From Bacteroidales bacterium (GTDB taxonomy: Bacteria > Bacteroidota > Bacteroidia > Bacteroidales > F082), in contig OY781105.1 of assembly GCA_963676635.1 (NCBI GenBank), positions 4,173,138-4,237,137 of the forward strand: a stretch of 64,000 nt of DNA, written 5' to 3'. Below the pieces are notes generated by a model, which worked only from the letters and a program-made list of their open reading frames with translations, had not been told where the DNA came from and searched no databases. The position numbers were made by a program, and so were the translations under genes. This document shows positions 9,087 to 22,800 of this stretch, piece by piece; positions within the stretch are counted from its first letter, which is position 1; each line of letters begins with the position of its first letter.

Positions 9087-12000
9087 TTAGTTACGGATAA
9101 CAAGTTTTGATACCCCTGAATATTTTTCAGAGTTTATCATAACAGTATAAATACCATTAGCAAAACTACCACCGTTTATATTAATATTCAACTTATTGTT
9201 GATTGCACTGTGACTGCCTTTGTAAACAACACTTCCATCGACTGACATAATTGTAACAACAGCTGTATTTCCTTCGAAATCATCAGCGTTGATAGTAAAT
9301 GTGCCGTTAGCCGGATTAGGAATTATTGAGAAATCAATATTACCTGCGTTGTTTTCATTTATGCTGCTACAGTCAATTATTTCCAGTGTAACCATGTCTG
9401 TACTTTCTGCTGAACAATTTTCAACAGGGTAAGCAGTAAGAGTAAGGTTTACAGTTCCGTTGTTGTAGTCTTCTGTTCCCGGATAGTAATCTGATGTTAA
9501 TGAAGAGTTATCTGAGAACGTACCATCACCATCTGTAGTCCATAATACTGTGCTGTTGTATTGAGCTGTACCTTGCAGAGTGTAATTACCATCTTTACAT
9601 GCTGAATCGTCATCACCGGCGTTTGCAGTTGCGTTTGGTTGTACTGTAAGCATCATATCATCAGAAGCCATTTCACAACCTTCATTAAAGTAGGCAGTGA
9701 ATGTAAGTGTAGCTTCACCTGCGGCAAAGTCATTTGCTCCTGGTGTATAGGTTGTAGACAGAGCTGTTGCATTAGCAAAAGTACCATCACCTGATGTGGT
9801 CCATTCCACAGAAGCCTGATTTTGAACAGTACCTGTAACTTCAACATCGGTATTCTCACATGTAACGGCATCAGCACCAGCGTTTACATCAGGCATCTCA
9901 TAAATTGAAAGAACCATATCATCTGTAATCTCTGATGTGTTAGGTGCTATTCCTGTTGCTGTAAGCGACAGAGTAACCTCACCTGTTGAAATATCATTTG
10001 CTCCGGGTGTATAAACCGGATTAAGAATCTCTGTGTCATCAAATGTTCCATCACCTGATGTAGACCAGTTGATAGTGCTGTAATTTTCAGCATAACCATC
10101 GAGCTGATATGTGTTGTCACCGCATACCTGACCATCATCACCTGCATTTGCAACAGGAACATCACCTATATATACATACATATCATCAGTATCGTCGTTG
10201 TCACATGGTGTAATGGAAGTAGCTACCAGAGTGATTTTTACCTGACCATCTTCAATGTCGCCAGGGCCTGGTGTGTACACTGCGTTTAGAAGCGATGGGT
10301 CATCAAAGCTGCCATCACCACGTGTGCTCCATACAGTTGATTCATAATTTTCAGCAGCACCGTTAAGTTGTGCAGACTCTGTTTCATCTATAGTTACGTC
10401 TTCACCAGCATCAGCAATCGGATTTTTCTCGATTGTAACTGCCAGTCCGTCTACTACTGAGTCAGTAAGTGGTGCGATAGCGTACGCTGTAAGTGTTAAG
10501 TCAACGCTTCCGGTTTCAATATCATTGGTTCCTGGTGTATATAATGCCAGTAGGGTATTAGGGTCATCGAATGAACCATCACCTTCTGTTCTCCAGAGTA
10601 CTGAACTTGAATTTGCTGAAATACCTTCGAGTTGTACGTCAGTATCTTCACAGCCAGACATGTCTTCACCTGCTGAAACAGATGGTAATGATTGTGTATT
10701 TGTAACTCCTGATATAATTATGGAGAAGGCTTGTGTACCGTCGGTGATCTCACCATCGTGATCAACAATAACTCTGTATTCACCTGCTTCAGCGTTTTCA
10801 ATCCATACAACTTCTGTATTGTCAACATAGTTTTTGCTGTTATTGGTAGCAGCTGCTGCCGGAACGTCTCTGTCAAGTTTCCATGGGTAATATGTTGTTC
10901 CGTCTTTTGTAATTCTTAAATCAAGGTCGTTAACAAGCATAATGTCTGCAGGGTCAAGTTGGGGCGTAGTCGGTGTGCCCGGAAGGTCTGTCCATGAAAT
11001 TGTTACTTTCAGGTCTTCTGTTCCGTCTGATGTAAGTATCATTTCATATGATCCTCCATCAGCGAGAATAAGCTCATCAATTACGTTCATATCCTGATCT
11101 TCTACTATTTTGAGTGCAGCTTTTTTGGTGTTCATAAGACCCCATCCAAATTTGTAATCAGGCCCATCATAGTTACCTGCTTCATCTGCAGTATGAATAA
11201 CAAGTCCTTTAAGAGTAGCTGCTTTCATGTACTCACCTGATCCTACAAGGTCTTCCCACTGCTGTTGCAGAAGTGCTAATGACCCTGTTACTGATGGTGC
11301 TGACATTGATGTGCCGTCACTCGATATATATGATGTGTTAGAGCCATCACTGGTTGAATACAGACCAACACCGTTGGCAACTATATCCGGTTTAACACGA
11401 CCGTCATCAGCTGGTCCCCATGAGCTGAAAGAACTCATTACAACACCACCCGGACTTGTCCAGCCGTTGGTGAGATCATTTACTGCACCTACCGCAAGAA
11501 CATTTTTTGAAATACCACCACCTGCAATACAGTCGTAAGGCCCATCCTGTGGATATGAACCATTTGTGGGACCTTCACCTCTGTCATTACCTGCAGATTT
11601 AACAATCAGGTAATATGGTGCATTATGTGCTATAAGATCCCAGCTATATGACTCACTGCTGTAGAATCCGAACAGGTAGTCTTCCTGAGTACTTATAGAA
11701 GCGTTTCCATACCATTCCCAGCCTGTATTTGTCCATGTCCATCCTCTTGAAAATCCATATGAATGGTTTGACATCAATGCTCCGTTTGCAGCTTCTGATG
11801 CCATCTCTGAATTGTCACTGTTCCAGTCAAAAGCACGTAGGTTTGCATTGTATGCCATACCTTTGGCAGCTGGTTGTACTCCTGCTGCCATAATTGTTCC
11901 TGCAACGTGTGTTGAATGATAATGTGTTGAGGTAGGATTGTCAACCTGTGTTACTCTTCCACCATATTCCTGATGTGTGAGCAATACTCCTCCACCATCC

Positions 12001-12359
12001 CATTCTCTTGGTGTTATGCCTGAACCATCTAAATCCAGACCAGCACCTCCACCCGGATATACTTTATCTGTAGATATTGTCTTTGCTGCATTACGGTTGT
12101 CAGTTTTGTAGTACATAGGAATACCATCTTCTGTAACGTACTGCAATTCAAAGAATGTACCTTTATCATTTTCAAATGTTACTGGTAAATCATTCTGCTT
12201 GGCAAATTCTAATGCTTTCGCTTTTTTTAACTGGTAATCTTTTGACATGCTTTTACTTAATTCTAAAAGCGCCTGTTTATTGGTTTCTGATTGACCAAAT
12301 GCCATTGCACTAAAGAAAATAAATGCAGTAAATGTCAGTAAATAAAATATTTGTTTCAT
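9087..12359 (-). CDS. S8 (subtilisin-family) serine peptidase with five ~87-aa repeats and a T9SS type A C-terminal sorting domain
   Basis: Signal peptide, HSTHVAGTI (catalytic His) and GTSMSAPSVTG (catalytic Ser). Five AxAGxD...C...LxG...W.T.GDG.F.D...YTPG..D...G.V.L.L.A repeats. C-terminus IIPNPANGTFTI...GIYTVMI...KLVIRN. Confidence 0.9.
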   Translation of the reverse strand: MKQIFYLLTFTAFIFFSAMAFGQSETNKQALLELSKSMSKDYQLKKAKALEFAKQNDLPVTFENDKGTFFELQYVTEDGIPMYYKTDNRNAAKTISTDKVYPGGGAGLDLDGSGITPREWDGGGVLLTHQEYGGRVTQVDNPTSTHYHSTHVAGTIMAAGVQPAAKGMAYNANLRAFDWNSDNSEMASEAANGALMSNHSYGFSRGWTWTNTGWEWYGNASISTQEDYLFGFYSSESYSWDLIAHNAPYYLIVKSAGNDRGEGPTNGSYPQDGPYDCIAGGGISKNVLAVGAVNDLTNGWTSPGGVVMSSFSSWGPADDGRVKPDIVANGVGLYSTSDGSNTSYISSDGTSMSAPSVTGSLALLQQQWEDLVGSGEYMKAATLKGLVIHTADEAGNYDGPDYKFGWGLMNTKKAALKIVEDQDMNVIDELILADGGSYEMILTSDGTEDLKVTISWTDLPGTPTTPQLDPADIMLVNDLDLRITKDGTTYYPWKLDRDVPAAAATNNSKNYVDNTEVVWIENAEAGEYRVIVDHDGEITDGTQAFSIIISGVTNTQSLPSVSAGEDMSGCEDTDVQLEGISANSSSVLWRTEGDGSFDDPNTLLALYTPGTNDIETGSVDLTLTAYAIAPLTDSVVDGLAVTIEKNPIADAGEDVTIDETESAQLNGAAENYESTVWSTRGDGSFDDPSLLNAVYTPGPGDIEDGQVKITLVATSITPCDNDDTDDMYVYIGDVPVANAGDDGQVCGDNTYQLDGYAENYSTINWSTSGDGTFDDTEILNPVYTPGANDISTGEVTLSLTATGIAPNTSEITDDMVLSIYEMPDVNAGADAVTCENTDVEVTGTVQNQASVEWTTSGDGTFANATALSTTYTPGANDFAAGEATLTFTAYFNEGCEMASDDMMLTVQPNATANAGDDDSACKDGNYTLQGTAQYNSTVLWTTDGDGTFSDNSSLTSDYYPGTEDYNNGTVNLTLTAYPVENCSAESTDMVTLEIIDCSSINENNAGNIDFSIIPNPANGTFTINADDFEGNTAVVTIMSVDGSVVYKGSHSAINNKLNININGGSFANGIYTVMINSEKYSGVSKLVIRN
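9385..10690 (-). repeat. Coding array of five ~87-aa repeats (same repeat type as in giant adhesin 1)
   Basis: It runs from LPSVSAGEDMSGCED... to ...MVTLEIIDC. Unit starts are PSVSAGED, PIADAGED, PVANAGDD, PDVNAGAD and ATANAGDD. Confidence 0.7.
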
Positions 12360-12480
12360 CTCTCTATATTATTGTTCATATGTATTTCTCAAATATCATG
12401 CTAATTTTAATAATCTGACAAAGATTAAACTTTTTTAACAATACCTTGTGACTTTTTATCTATTATTTACAATTATTATA

Positions 12481-12704
12481 TTTCAGGAATAAACAAATTC
12501 GAAATTATAATTCCCAAATAGAAAATAAAATCCAAAATCCAAACAACAAACAAATCTCAATTATCAAAATCCAAATAACCAAAACCCCATACTCCGGGAT
12601 TGTCACCTGGTTTCCCATGTCACCTTGTCCCCTTGCCTCCTTGTAACCTTGTCACTCCTAGTCCCTTGTCACTTCTAGTCCCTTGTCTCTCGTCCCTTCA
12701 AACC
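12481..12704. repeat. Modular short-word repeat block downstream of PorP/SprF copy 1
   Basis: A CA-rich tail (aaatccaaaatccaaacaacaaacaaatc...) followed by degenerate CCTTGTCAC-type words. Paralogous blocks lie at 25675-25954 and at 26258-26348 plus 27835-27954. Confidence 0.7.
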
Positions 12705-13808
12705 CTAAAACGGTGAGCACTCAATCGGGCTATATCCGCTCTTCGATCTTGGTGCCATAAAATTACCACGATCGGATTTCCTGATAAGTCCTATATCATC
12801 AAATTCAAAAATAAGACTGATCTCATGTGATGGTCCTGTGAAGTTATACACTGCGTTGATATTGAACTCATAGGAGTACATAACTTTCATTCTGTACTCT
12901 TCGTTGAATGGGATATTTAATCCTGCCATTACGTTGAAGTTCGATAGCTCATCGTATTCCAACGCGCTGTTCCTGTACCACATGCCAAAATAAACCTGGC
13001 GCATGTAAAAGTTCACTCCCAGGTTGTATTGCATCATACCAACCTGGTGTTCTACCATTACACCCGGATTAATCTTAAACCCCTGGCGTTTTGAATAGTA
13101 ACCGTAGTCTTCTCTTATGGTGATGATAAAATCTACATTATATACATATTTTCTTGGCAGTTTGGCGTCCACATCAAAGAAGCTTTGGTTTGGCTGTGTG
13201 ATATGGTGTACTGCTGCCCCAATGGTACCTTCGATATCATTACCCTTAAACTGGAATACACCACCAAAGGCAAAGTCAGGAAACACTACCTTGTTTCTTG
13301 CAGCTCCGGCAAACTGTGTGGGGTAGATATTTCCCCACCTGGGATCCAGCTGATCACTCAAAACAAGATCATCCCAGTTTAGCTGCTGTGACATTACTGA
13401 TGCCAATGCCCCTAACTGGAATATGCTCTGTCGACTAATGGGTATCCTTACGGAAGGCATAAAGCCAATTACGCTGGTTCGTAAAGCACCCATTCCCGAC
13501 TGGCTCTGGTTGGCGATAATACCAATACCACCAGCTCCTGGTAAAGATCTCTCTGCCACATCAGCACTAAAGCAGTAACTGCTGTAGTCACCAGCCAGTC
13601 CGGTCCACTGCCTCCGGTAATTAAGCCTGGCTTTTAATCCTTGCGTGAGACCAACATATCCCGGATTGAAATACGTGGGGTTATTATAAAACTGTGAATA
13701 ATCCAAATCCTGCGATGTTGCCGGTATCGCAGTTATCATTGCCATTACAATTAACAGCACCGTTATTGGCTTTCTCCTTATTTTCATTGTGATATGTATA
13801 TTAATCAT
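12705..13808 (-). CDS. PorP/SprF-family T9SS membrane protein (copy 1)
   Basis: 367 aa. The segment QDLDYSQFYNNPTYFNPGYVGL...ARLNYRRQW is the PorP/SprF N-terminal signature. It lies immediately downstream of a type B CTD cargo gene. The real start may be the internal MKIRRK. Confidence 0.85.
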   Translation of the reverse strand: MINIHITMKIRRKPITVLLIVMAMITAIPATSQDLDYSQFYNNPTYFNPGYVGLTQGLKARLNYRRQWTGLAGDYSSYCFSADVAERSLPGAGGIGIIANQSQSGMGALRTSVIGFMPSVRIPISRQSIFQLGALASVMSQQLNWDDLVLSDQLDPRWGNIYPTQFAGAARNKVVFPDFAFGGVFQFKGNDIEGTIGAAVHHITQPNQSFFDVDAKLPRKYVYNVDFIITIREDYGYYSKRQGFKINPGVMVEHQVGMMQYNLGVNFYMRQVYFGMWYRNSALEYDELSNFNVMAGLNIPFNEEYRMKVMYSYEFNINAVYNFTGPSHEISLIFEFDDIGLIRKSDRGNFMAPRSKSGYSPIECSPF

Positions 13809-13824
13809 TGTTTTTTATCTTTTC

Positions 13825-16800
13825 TTACCTAACCAACATAATAGTCCCGCTAGTCCCGGTATTACCATCACCATTGTCAGTACCTCTCCAGTGACTACCA
13901 TCTTCGAATACTGCCTCTATTCTCCAGATATAGCTACCTGTTGGTAATGGCTCTCCTTCGTAGGTGCCATCCCAACCTTCGGAAGGTACTCCGTCGATTA
14001 GCTCTGTGGTTTCAAACACAAGGTTGCCCCATGCGCTGTAAACTTCCAGCTTGTAGCTACTGAGATTAATTCCCACTGGCTTGAATGTCTGCAAGTCTGT
14101 AATCGGTGATGAAGGTACAAATGTATTTGGTACAAACAGGTTGGTGAACAACAGATCATAAACCTGGTATGTAGTATCAGGACAACCTTGCTGGTTCCAG
14201 CTTACAAGCATTACTGTATAATTACCATCTTCTTCGTATTGGAAGATAGGGTTGATATCGTTGGATGTCCATATACCCTGGTTGTAATCGAAGTCCCATT
14301 CGTAGTCAACCGGATTATTAGTACTTAAGTTATCAAAGTAAACCTGTCCCTGGCGATTAGTGTCGATCATCACAAATTCAGAGATTGGTTTAGGCATTAT
14401 CTCAACAGTTGTGGTAGCTGTATCCATACACAGATGTTCATCGGTGATAATCATCTCTACTGTGTACATCCCTGCACTGTCGTAAATATACTGTGGTGCC
14501 TGGATAATGGCTGTGTCTGCCGGTGCTTTGAGTGTGTCGCCAAAGTTCCAGAACCAGCCAGCTATTACAGCACTGTCGGCTATGGATGTTTCTTCAAACT
14601 GTGTATAGTAGCTCATACATGTGTTCTGGTATGTGAACTGTGCTTCTGGCAGCTTGTAGATGGTTATGGTGTCTTTTGTTGAATCGGCGCACATAAACCT
14701 GTTTTGTACAAACAGACTAACAGGATAGTCCTCAAATGTCGGATATACATACTTTGGATCCTGAACATTGGATGTGTCTGCCTCTGTTGTTGGATCACCA
14801 AAGTTCCATAGCCTGTATGTGGTAGGTTCATCAAAGATAGTGCTGTTATCGCTAAAGTATGTTGTGTCTCTCTGGCAGTTGTTATCAAGACCAATCATTG
14901 GCAATGGGGTAGGATGTACCTCGAACTCTACCATGGTTGTTGTGGTGTAGCTGTTGGTGTCAATACCTGCTGTAATGGTCAGACTTAATTCATATGTGCC
15001 TGCGTCAGCATAGGTATGCCATACAGTGTCTGTGAACACATCGTATGTTTCTGTAGTGCCATCACCGAAGTCCCACAGCCATGTACCTATCATACCGTTA
15101 TTGCTGGCAAGGAATGATGTGTCAACAAAGAACAATTCATTTCTTGCACAAACAGGTTCATCAGGTATTTTGAACCCTGCTGTTATACATGGTGCCACAT
15201 ATACTTCCTGAACAACTGTGTCGATACACCCATTGTAGTTGGTTACAATAAGCTGCACAAGGTAGGTTGAGTCATTTGGTCCGTATAGGTGTGTAGGATT
15301 CCAAATACTATCCGTATTGTTAGTGGAAGTAGTATCGCCAAAGTCCCAGTACCAGCTTTCAATAAACTCACCACCACTGTATGTCACTCCTTCAAAGTAA
15401 GTAGGTATCTCACAGCCACCGATGGTATTGGTAAAGCTTGCCACAGGCAGTGAATCGATTGTTATCTCTGAGGTGTATACTGCCTGGCAGTCGTTGGTGT
15501 CTGTTGCTATTAATTCAACAACATAGATACCCGGTGCAGGGAATATATGACTGATAGTATCATGGTATGTAAGTTCAGTCTGGCTGCCATCATGGAAGTT
15601 CCACAGGTAGCTGGCTACTGAATCATTTTCCGGACCATAGAATGCCTGGAACTCTGTAGGCTGTCCTAAGCATACATCTGTTGCTTCGAAGGATGTCTCT
15701 ATTGCTCCGAATACACATACTTCCATTGTATCGGTGGCACTACAGCCGTTGTTGTTAAAGGCTGTAAGTGTTACCTGGTAGCAGGTGTCTGTTATCTCAT
15801 AGATATAACTTGGATCTACTTCGTCGGAGTAGTAACCATCATCCAGATGCCATTCGTAGCCGGTAATCGGACTATTATCACTTCCCATTACACTTTCGTT
15901 AAAGAAGTTCACTTGTCCCGGTGGGTCACATGCCTGTGCGAAGTTAAAGGCTGGCACTGGTACGTCGAATACCTGTACCGGCAATGTTATTGAGTCACTA
16001 CAGCCTGAGTTATCCCAGACTACCAGGGTTACGTAATAAGTATCATTGGTAGTGTATGTGTGAACAGGATCAGGGTCGGTTGATGTGTTACCATCGCCAA
16101 AGTCCCAGCTCCAGTTGTTGATATATCCAATGTTGGTAAAGCTAAGATCAGTGAATGATGTGCTGTCGCCCAAACATGCATTATCATAGCTGAACAATGC
16201 CTCAGGTGCGTAGTTAACATGTACTTCCTGGGAAGTTGAGTTCTCACAGCCACTTACATCTGTTACTGTAAGCGTAACGGTGTATGTCCCTGCCTGCTGA
16301 TATCCATAGCCTGGGTTTTGTTCGATGGATGTACCTCCGTCGCCAAACTGCCAGTACCATGTGGCTATCTCTGAGTTGGAGATACCTGTGAACTGTGCAA
16401 GACTACCAAGGCAAATGGTGTCACTTTCAATGGTGAAGTCCACATCCGGTAGTGGGGTAATGACTATCTCATGCTCTACTGTATCTGTACAGCCCATAGT
16501 ATTATGTATTATCAGTGTGACAGTAAATGTGCTGTCGGTGCTGAACACATGTGTTGGATTTGGCAGGTTGGACGTATTATTGGTACCTGAAGCAGGATCA
16601 CCAAAATACCATTCCCATTCACCTATATCCGGACCACCATTAGTTGAGCTGATATCTGTAAACTGTACAGGTTCGTTTAAGCATCCTGCCTCCCAGTTGA
16701 AATCAGCTATAGGTGATGATACTATCACTACCTGTTTTGTGACATTATTCTCACAACCTTCTGCGTCTGTTACTGTAAGCACTACATCAAAGGTGCCTTC

Positions 16801-19800
16801 ATTGGTATACATATGTTCAACATTAGGATTGTCGGGAGCGTTGATGGTTATTTCATTACCATCGCCGAAGTCCCATACCCATGTCTCGATAAGACCATTT
16901 GGTGAACTGCTTAGATTAGAGAAATAAACTGTATCATTAAGACATGATGGTCCTGTATGCGCAAAGTTAGCCGTAGGCAATGGATTAATATCCACGCTGT
17001 GTGTAACTGATGCAAAACATCCGTCGGTTGTCTCTATGCTAAGTATCACATCGAATGTACCTGCTACCTCGTATGTATGTGTTGGGTTTTGCAGGTTGGA
17101 TGTACCTCCGTCGCCAAAGCTCCATGACCATGTGGCTACTTCGCCAACATTGGTAACAGACTCATCAACGGTAAACTGTGTCTCTTCTGTTAAGCAGTTG
17201 GCTTCCCATGTAAAGTCTACTTCAGGCTCCTCAGACACCGTTACGGTATGAGATACAGTATCCTCGCAGCCGTTGATATTTGCTACCATAAGCAGTACTG
17301 TATAGTCGCCCGGTGCTGAGAACAAGTGTACAGGGTTTTGCAATGTTGAAGTATTAGAAGCTCCTGATCCGGGATCACCAAAGTCCCACAGCCATGTTAC
17401 TATCTCACCACCGCCGTTAATAGTACTCTCGTCGGTAAAGCTAACCGGACCACTGGCGCAGCCTGAGTTATAATCAAAGAGAGCTATTGGTCCCGGCTCT
17501 GTAGTTACCGTATGTGTTGAACTATTGGAGCAGCTATCGGAATTGGTTACAGTAAGCGTTACTGTATAGGTGCTGGTGCCTGAATATATATGTGTTACAT
17601 CAGGATCACCACCGAAATAGACAGTAGTATCAGATCCATCGCCAAACTCCCAGAACCATTCTGTTATATATCCTGTTTGTGTTGTACTATGATCGAAGAA
17701 TTCAACAGGGTTGTTCGCGCACACCTGCGTGCCTATATTAAATAAGGAGTTAGGCAGTGGGTTAACAGTAAGTTGTTTTATCACTGTATTTGTTGCTCCC
17801 ATTGTATCCACTATGCTACAGCTTACATTATAGGTACCAGAAGCAGCATAGGTGTGGATAGGTTCCATATCATCGCTGGTGCTACCATCACCGAAATCCC
17901 AGTCCCAGGAGGTTACTGCTCCAATATCTGTTGGAGGATCAAGGATAGTAAACTGTATTTGTTCACCCAAACAAGCATAGCTCCATTCGTAATCGAGATC
18001 AGGTATGTTTACAACCGTTACAAGGTGAGTAACTGTATTCTCACAGCCTTCAATATCTGTAACAGTCAGCTCAACGTTGAAGGTGCCTACAGTTGGGAAT
18101 ACATGAGCAGGATTCTGGTCTGTTGATGTAGTACCATCATGGAAATCCCAGTTCCAGTCGGTAATAGTATTACCAGAATTGCCATAGAAGTTGGTTGTAT
18201 TGCCAAGCATAGTAGGCTCAGGATCCCATGTGAAGAACACTGATGGTAATCCTGGTGTGTATATTGTCTGGTATGTTGTATCAGAGCAACTGTACCCTGA
18301 GCTGTCGGCTGTCACCACAAACATCACATCGTAAGTGCTAATGCCTGTTGTATAGCTATGAACAGGGTTTTGTAAATCTGATGTGAATCCATCGCCGAAG
18401 TCCCAGAAGAACTCAGTGGCAAAGTATCCTGTTGGTATATCACTGTCATCGAAGAATGCTACGGCAGTACAGCTTTGGTTTGCATAGCTGAAGTCTGCTG
18501 TTGGTCCGGGTAGTACCATAATAACATCAGACGCTGTTGAAGAACAGCCTGTGGAATCAGTTACTGTTAAGGTTACAGTGTATGTGTTGCCAGAAGGATA
18601 GTAGTGAACAGGGTTTTGTAAATACGATATACCACCATCGCCAAACTCCCAGTACCACTCATCCACATTGGCAGAGCCAGTGGCATTGAAGTACACAGGA
18701 CCTCCTTTACATATTACGCTATCGCTCATGGTAAAGCTGACTGCAGGAGCAGGTTTGACAATAAGCACTTCTGTAGCGCTGTTAGTACACTGGTTGGTAT
18801 CTATAATATTAAGAGTAACATTGAAAGTATCTGCGGTTGCATATAAATGCGAAGTAACAGAGTCATTACTAAAGTTACCATCGCCGAAGTCCCAGTGCCA
18901 TGTTTCGATTGGGAATCCTGAATGCCCGGAGAAGTAAGTAGTATCTCCGAAGCAAGTAGGGCTTGGATCGATATACTGGAATATATCAGGCAGTGAAGGT
19001 ACTGTTACCGGCAGTGTGATAGAGTCGGTACAGATAAATCCAAGACTATCTGCTGATACTATTAGGTTAACCATAAATACTTCACCACCGGGAAGGTTAT
19101 TGGAAGGATACCTGTGTGATGGGTTTTGCAGTGTATCAGTAGTACCATCGCCAAAGTCCCAGTACCATTCAACAAGATTATATCCCGGTGAGCAAGTACT
19201 CAGATCAGTGAACTGGATGCTGTCGCATATGGCAGGAGTGTAGGTAAAGTCGGCCACAGGCGGTTGTGCAATAATAACCTCTTGTATTGTTGTGAAGCTA
19301 CAACCGTTTATATCAACAACGGTTAAAGCCACATCCATTATTCCCCATGTTGTAAATACGTGAGAAACATTCTGTCCCGAGCCTGTTGATCCGTCATCAA
19401 AGTCCCATTCCCAGCTAATTATTGTTGAGTTTGATAAGCCATTGAATGATATTTCTGTATCAACACATGCATTTGCCATATTCATTGTAAAATCTGCATC
19501 AGGATTATCGAATACAAGTACCTGATGAGTGGCGGAATCAGAGCATCCGTTAATATCTGTGTAATGGTAGATAACATTAAATATACCTGATGTGTCATAT
19601 TGATGAACAGGGTCCATGTCATTTGATGTATATCCATCACCAAATTCCCAGAACCAGTCAGTAAGAGAGGCAGAGCCTGTGGCACTAAAGCTTATACTTT
19701 CACCATAGCAAGTTGAATCGCCTGAACTAACAAAAAAGTCCTGATCAATTTTCGGCCGCACTGTAAGATTTGTAACTATTACGCTATCGCAGCCGTACTG

Positions 19801-22800
19801 GGCTGTGTAAAGAGTATCATAGAATGTACCTGAATTATATCTCCAGGCCCCCTGTGCGAATATGCTATCATAATGACATATGGTAATATCATGAGGCATC
19901 TCATATGTTGGTCTTATAGTAAGTATCATTTCATCAATAGAGTCACAGGCTATTATATTTGAAGCCACCATTGTAAGTGTAACAGGTCCTACTTCAGAAG
20001 GTCCTGGTACATAAATAGGATGTTCTACATTAGGGTTGACAAAATATCCTGTGCCGTTTGTGGTCCAGTACAGTGTAATATAATTAGTAGCAAATGATGA
20101 GTCTGTGGAATTGTGGAAATCATAGGGAACGCCCTGACATGTGTTTTCATCTGAGCCTGCCTGTGCATAAGCTCCGGGGATAACAACAAGATCAAACCAC
20201 GATGTGTCATTCTCACAAGGAGCAATGCCATAGCCAACCAACATCATTGTTATAGTATCATTAACTGATGCTCCTTCCGATGGGTCAGGGAAGTAAGTAG
20301 GAGCTAAAAGTGTTGGGTCATCGAAATACCCAAGTCCGTCAGTATACCAGTATAAATAACTGAAGTCATCAGCAGTAGGTGGGTCTGTGCTTTCTGAGAA
20401 ATCATAATATACATCCTGACACGTTATGCCATTTGATCCTGCATATACTTCACAAGCTGCATTAATTATTAGCTGGTGTGTCATTTGTTCAGAACATACA
20501 TCAAGTGTAATATCAACAGTATCTGGTATTGTGTATGTATGATTAACGTCAATACCTGTAGATGTAGCACCATCACCAAATTGCCAGTCCCAAGGAGTGA
20601 ATGTAACCCTGTCGCCTGTTCCTGTAAAGGATACATTAAAATCCTGGCATGATGGGCTTTGGTAGATGTCAAAGTCAATATTTACATTCATGGCATAGCG
20701 TGTTACAGCTGTTGTGTCTATACAGCCGTTGCCGTTGGTGTAAATAGATAATATTGTCATATCACCCTGCTGTGTATATGTATGGGTTGGTGTTTGACCT
20801 GTGCCTGTCTGTCCATCGCCAAACTGCCATTGCCAGTCGACAATATCGCTGGTTATATTTGTTGCATCAAAGGTAACCAACTCTCCCACGCATGATGTAT
20901 CATTAGGAGATACTGTAAAGGATGATTCCGGCAAGGTGTTTATTGTCACCATATGGCGTGTGGTATCTGTACAGGTGTTCATTGTAACCTCATAAACACC
21001 GGGGGCTGAATAGATATGCTGAGTATTTTTACCGATGGCGGTTTGACCATCACCGAAGTCCCATTCCCAGTCAGTGTGAGTGATATCATCACCGATACCA
21101 TTGAATACTGCAGTATCACCGAAGCACATCACAAACGAAGGCATGGTGAAATCCGTATTAACGGAATCAATAAAGATTGAATCTGACAACGTGGTCGAAC
21201 AACCAAATTGATTTGTTATTGACAAATTAATGTAAAATGTTTCTTCACCAGTAACATAGGTGTGGTTAACGTTTTCTCCGGATCCTGTAAACCCATCACC
21301 AAAATCCCAATTCCAGTTTGTGATAACCGTTGAACTTGATCCTGTAAATACCACATCCTGATTTACACATGAAGTGTCAATAGGGGAGTAGATGAATGAT
21401 CCGTCAGGTACTGAGTCAATTGTTAAGTACATTATTGATGTGTCATTGCTACAAGGACCAATCCCATATGCTATCATTGAAAGAGGAATAATTCCAAGTT
21501 CATTAGGACCGTTATAATAAACAGGTCTTAATAACTTAGGATCGCTAAAATATCCGGTACCGCCAAACCACAGAACAGAGTCAGCTGAAGTTGTATCAGG
21601 AAGTATAGTTGAGGTATTGAAGTCAAATGGATTATCCAGACAAATTGTATGGTTTGAACCAGCATTTGAAACTGCCTGAGGAATTACTTCAGCAATATCA
21701 GTAGCTGTTTTTGAGCATACAGTAAGAGAAACATTATAATCACCTGGTGTATCATAAACATGGATTGTGTCGCGACCTGTTCCTGTGTTTCCATCACCGA
21801 AATCCCAAAGCCATTCAGTATAATTAACTACATCACCATTTCCAATAAGGGAAACAGTATCTTCAAAACAAACAGGATTATCAGCAAAATTAAAACCAAT
21901 AACAGGGTCAGTTACAGTAATACTGCTATAAGTAGTGTCAGTACAGCCATTATTATCAATGGTATACAGCATTACATTATTAATGTTTGGAGATGTGTAT
22001 GTATAATTCACATTTTGTCCGGAGGCAGTACTGCCATCACCTAAGTTCCATCCCCATGTTACAATATTCAAGCCGCTGTTATCTGTACCAAGAAAATTCG
22101 TAACAGAGTTAATACAAACTGTATCATTAGGCTGGAAGGCAATTTGTGGTTCAGGTAAGGCTATTAAAGTTATTGTAATTGTACTGTCGTGAGAGTCTGT
22201 ACAAGGCAATAAAGGATCTGCGGTTAAAGTAAGGACAACAGAGCCGTTAATTTTGTCATTATTTCCGGGAGTATATATAGCACTCATTGAAGCCGGATCA
22301 TCAAAGTTACCGTCTCCGGAAGTTGACCAGACACCGTTGATGCTGTTTGTCAGAGATCCTGACATTGTTGCTGTTGTGTTAAGGCATATTGTTTGATTGG
22401 TTCCCGGATTTGCAATTGGAAGTGGGTCAAAGCTGAGGATTAGAGTGTCGCTATCAGGGTCAGTACAAGGGAATGTTGCAAAAGCAGTAAGCACAATTTC
22501 CACAGAACCGTTACTTAGGTCAGCAGTACCAGGTGTGTATGTTGATGTTAGTGCAGATTGATCATCGAAACTACCATCACCAACAGTGGTCCACTGTACT
22601 GATGAAGCATATGTGCTTGTTCCTGTAAAAGTTACTGATTGGTTCACACATATGGTAGTATCATTACCTGCAAAAGAAACTGGTAGTGGATCAAATGATA
22701 GAACCATCGTATCGTTAACAGGATCAGTACATGGAGGAATTGGATCAGCTGTAAGTACCAGTTCAACAAATCCGGCAGCCTGATCGTTAGTTCCCGGTGA

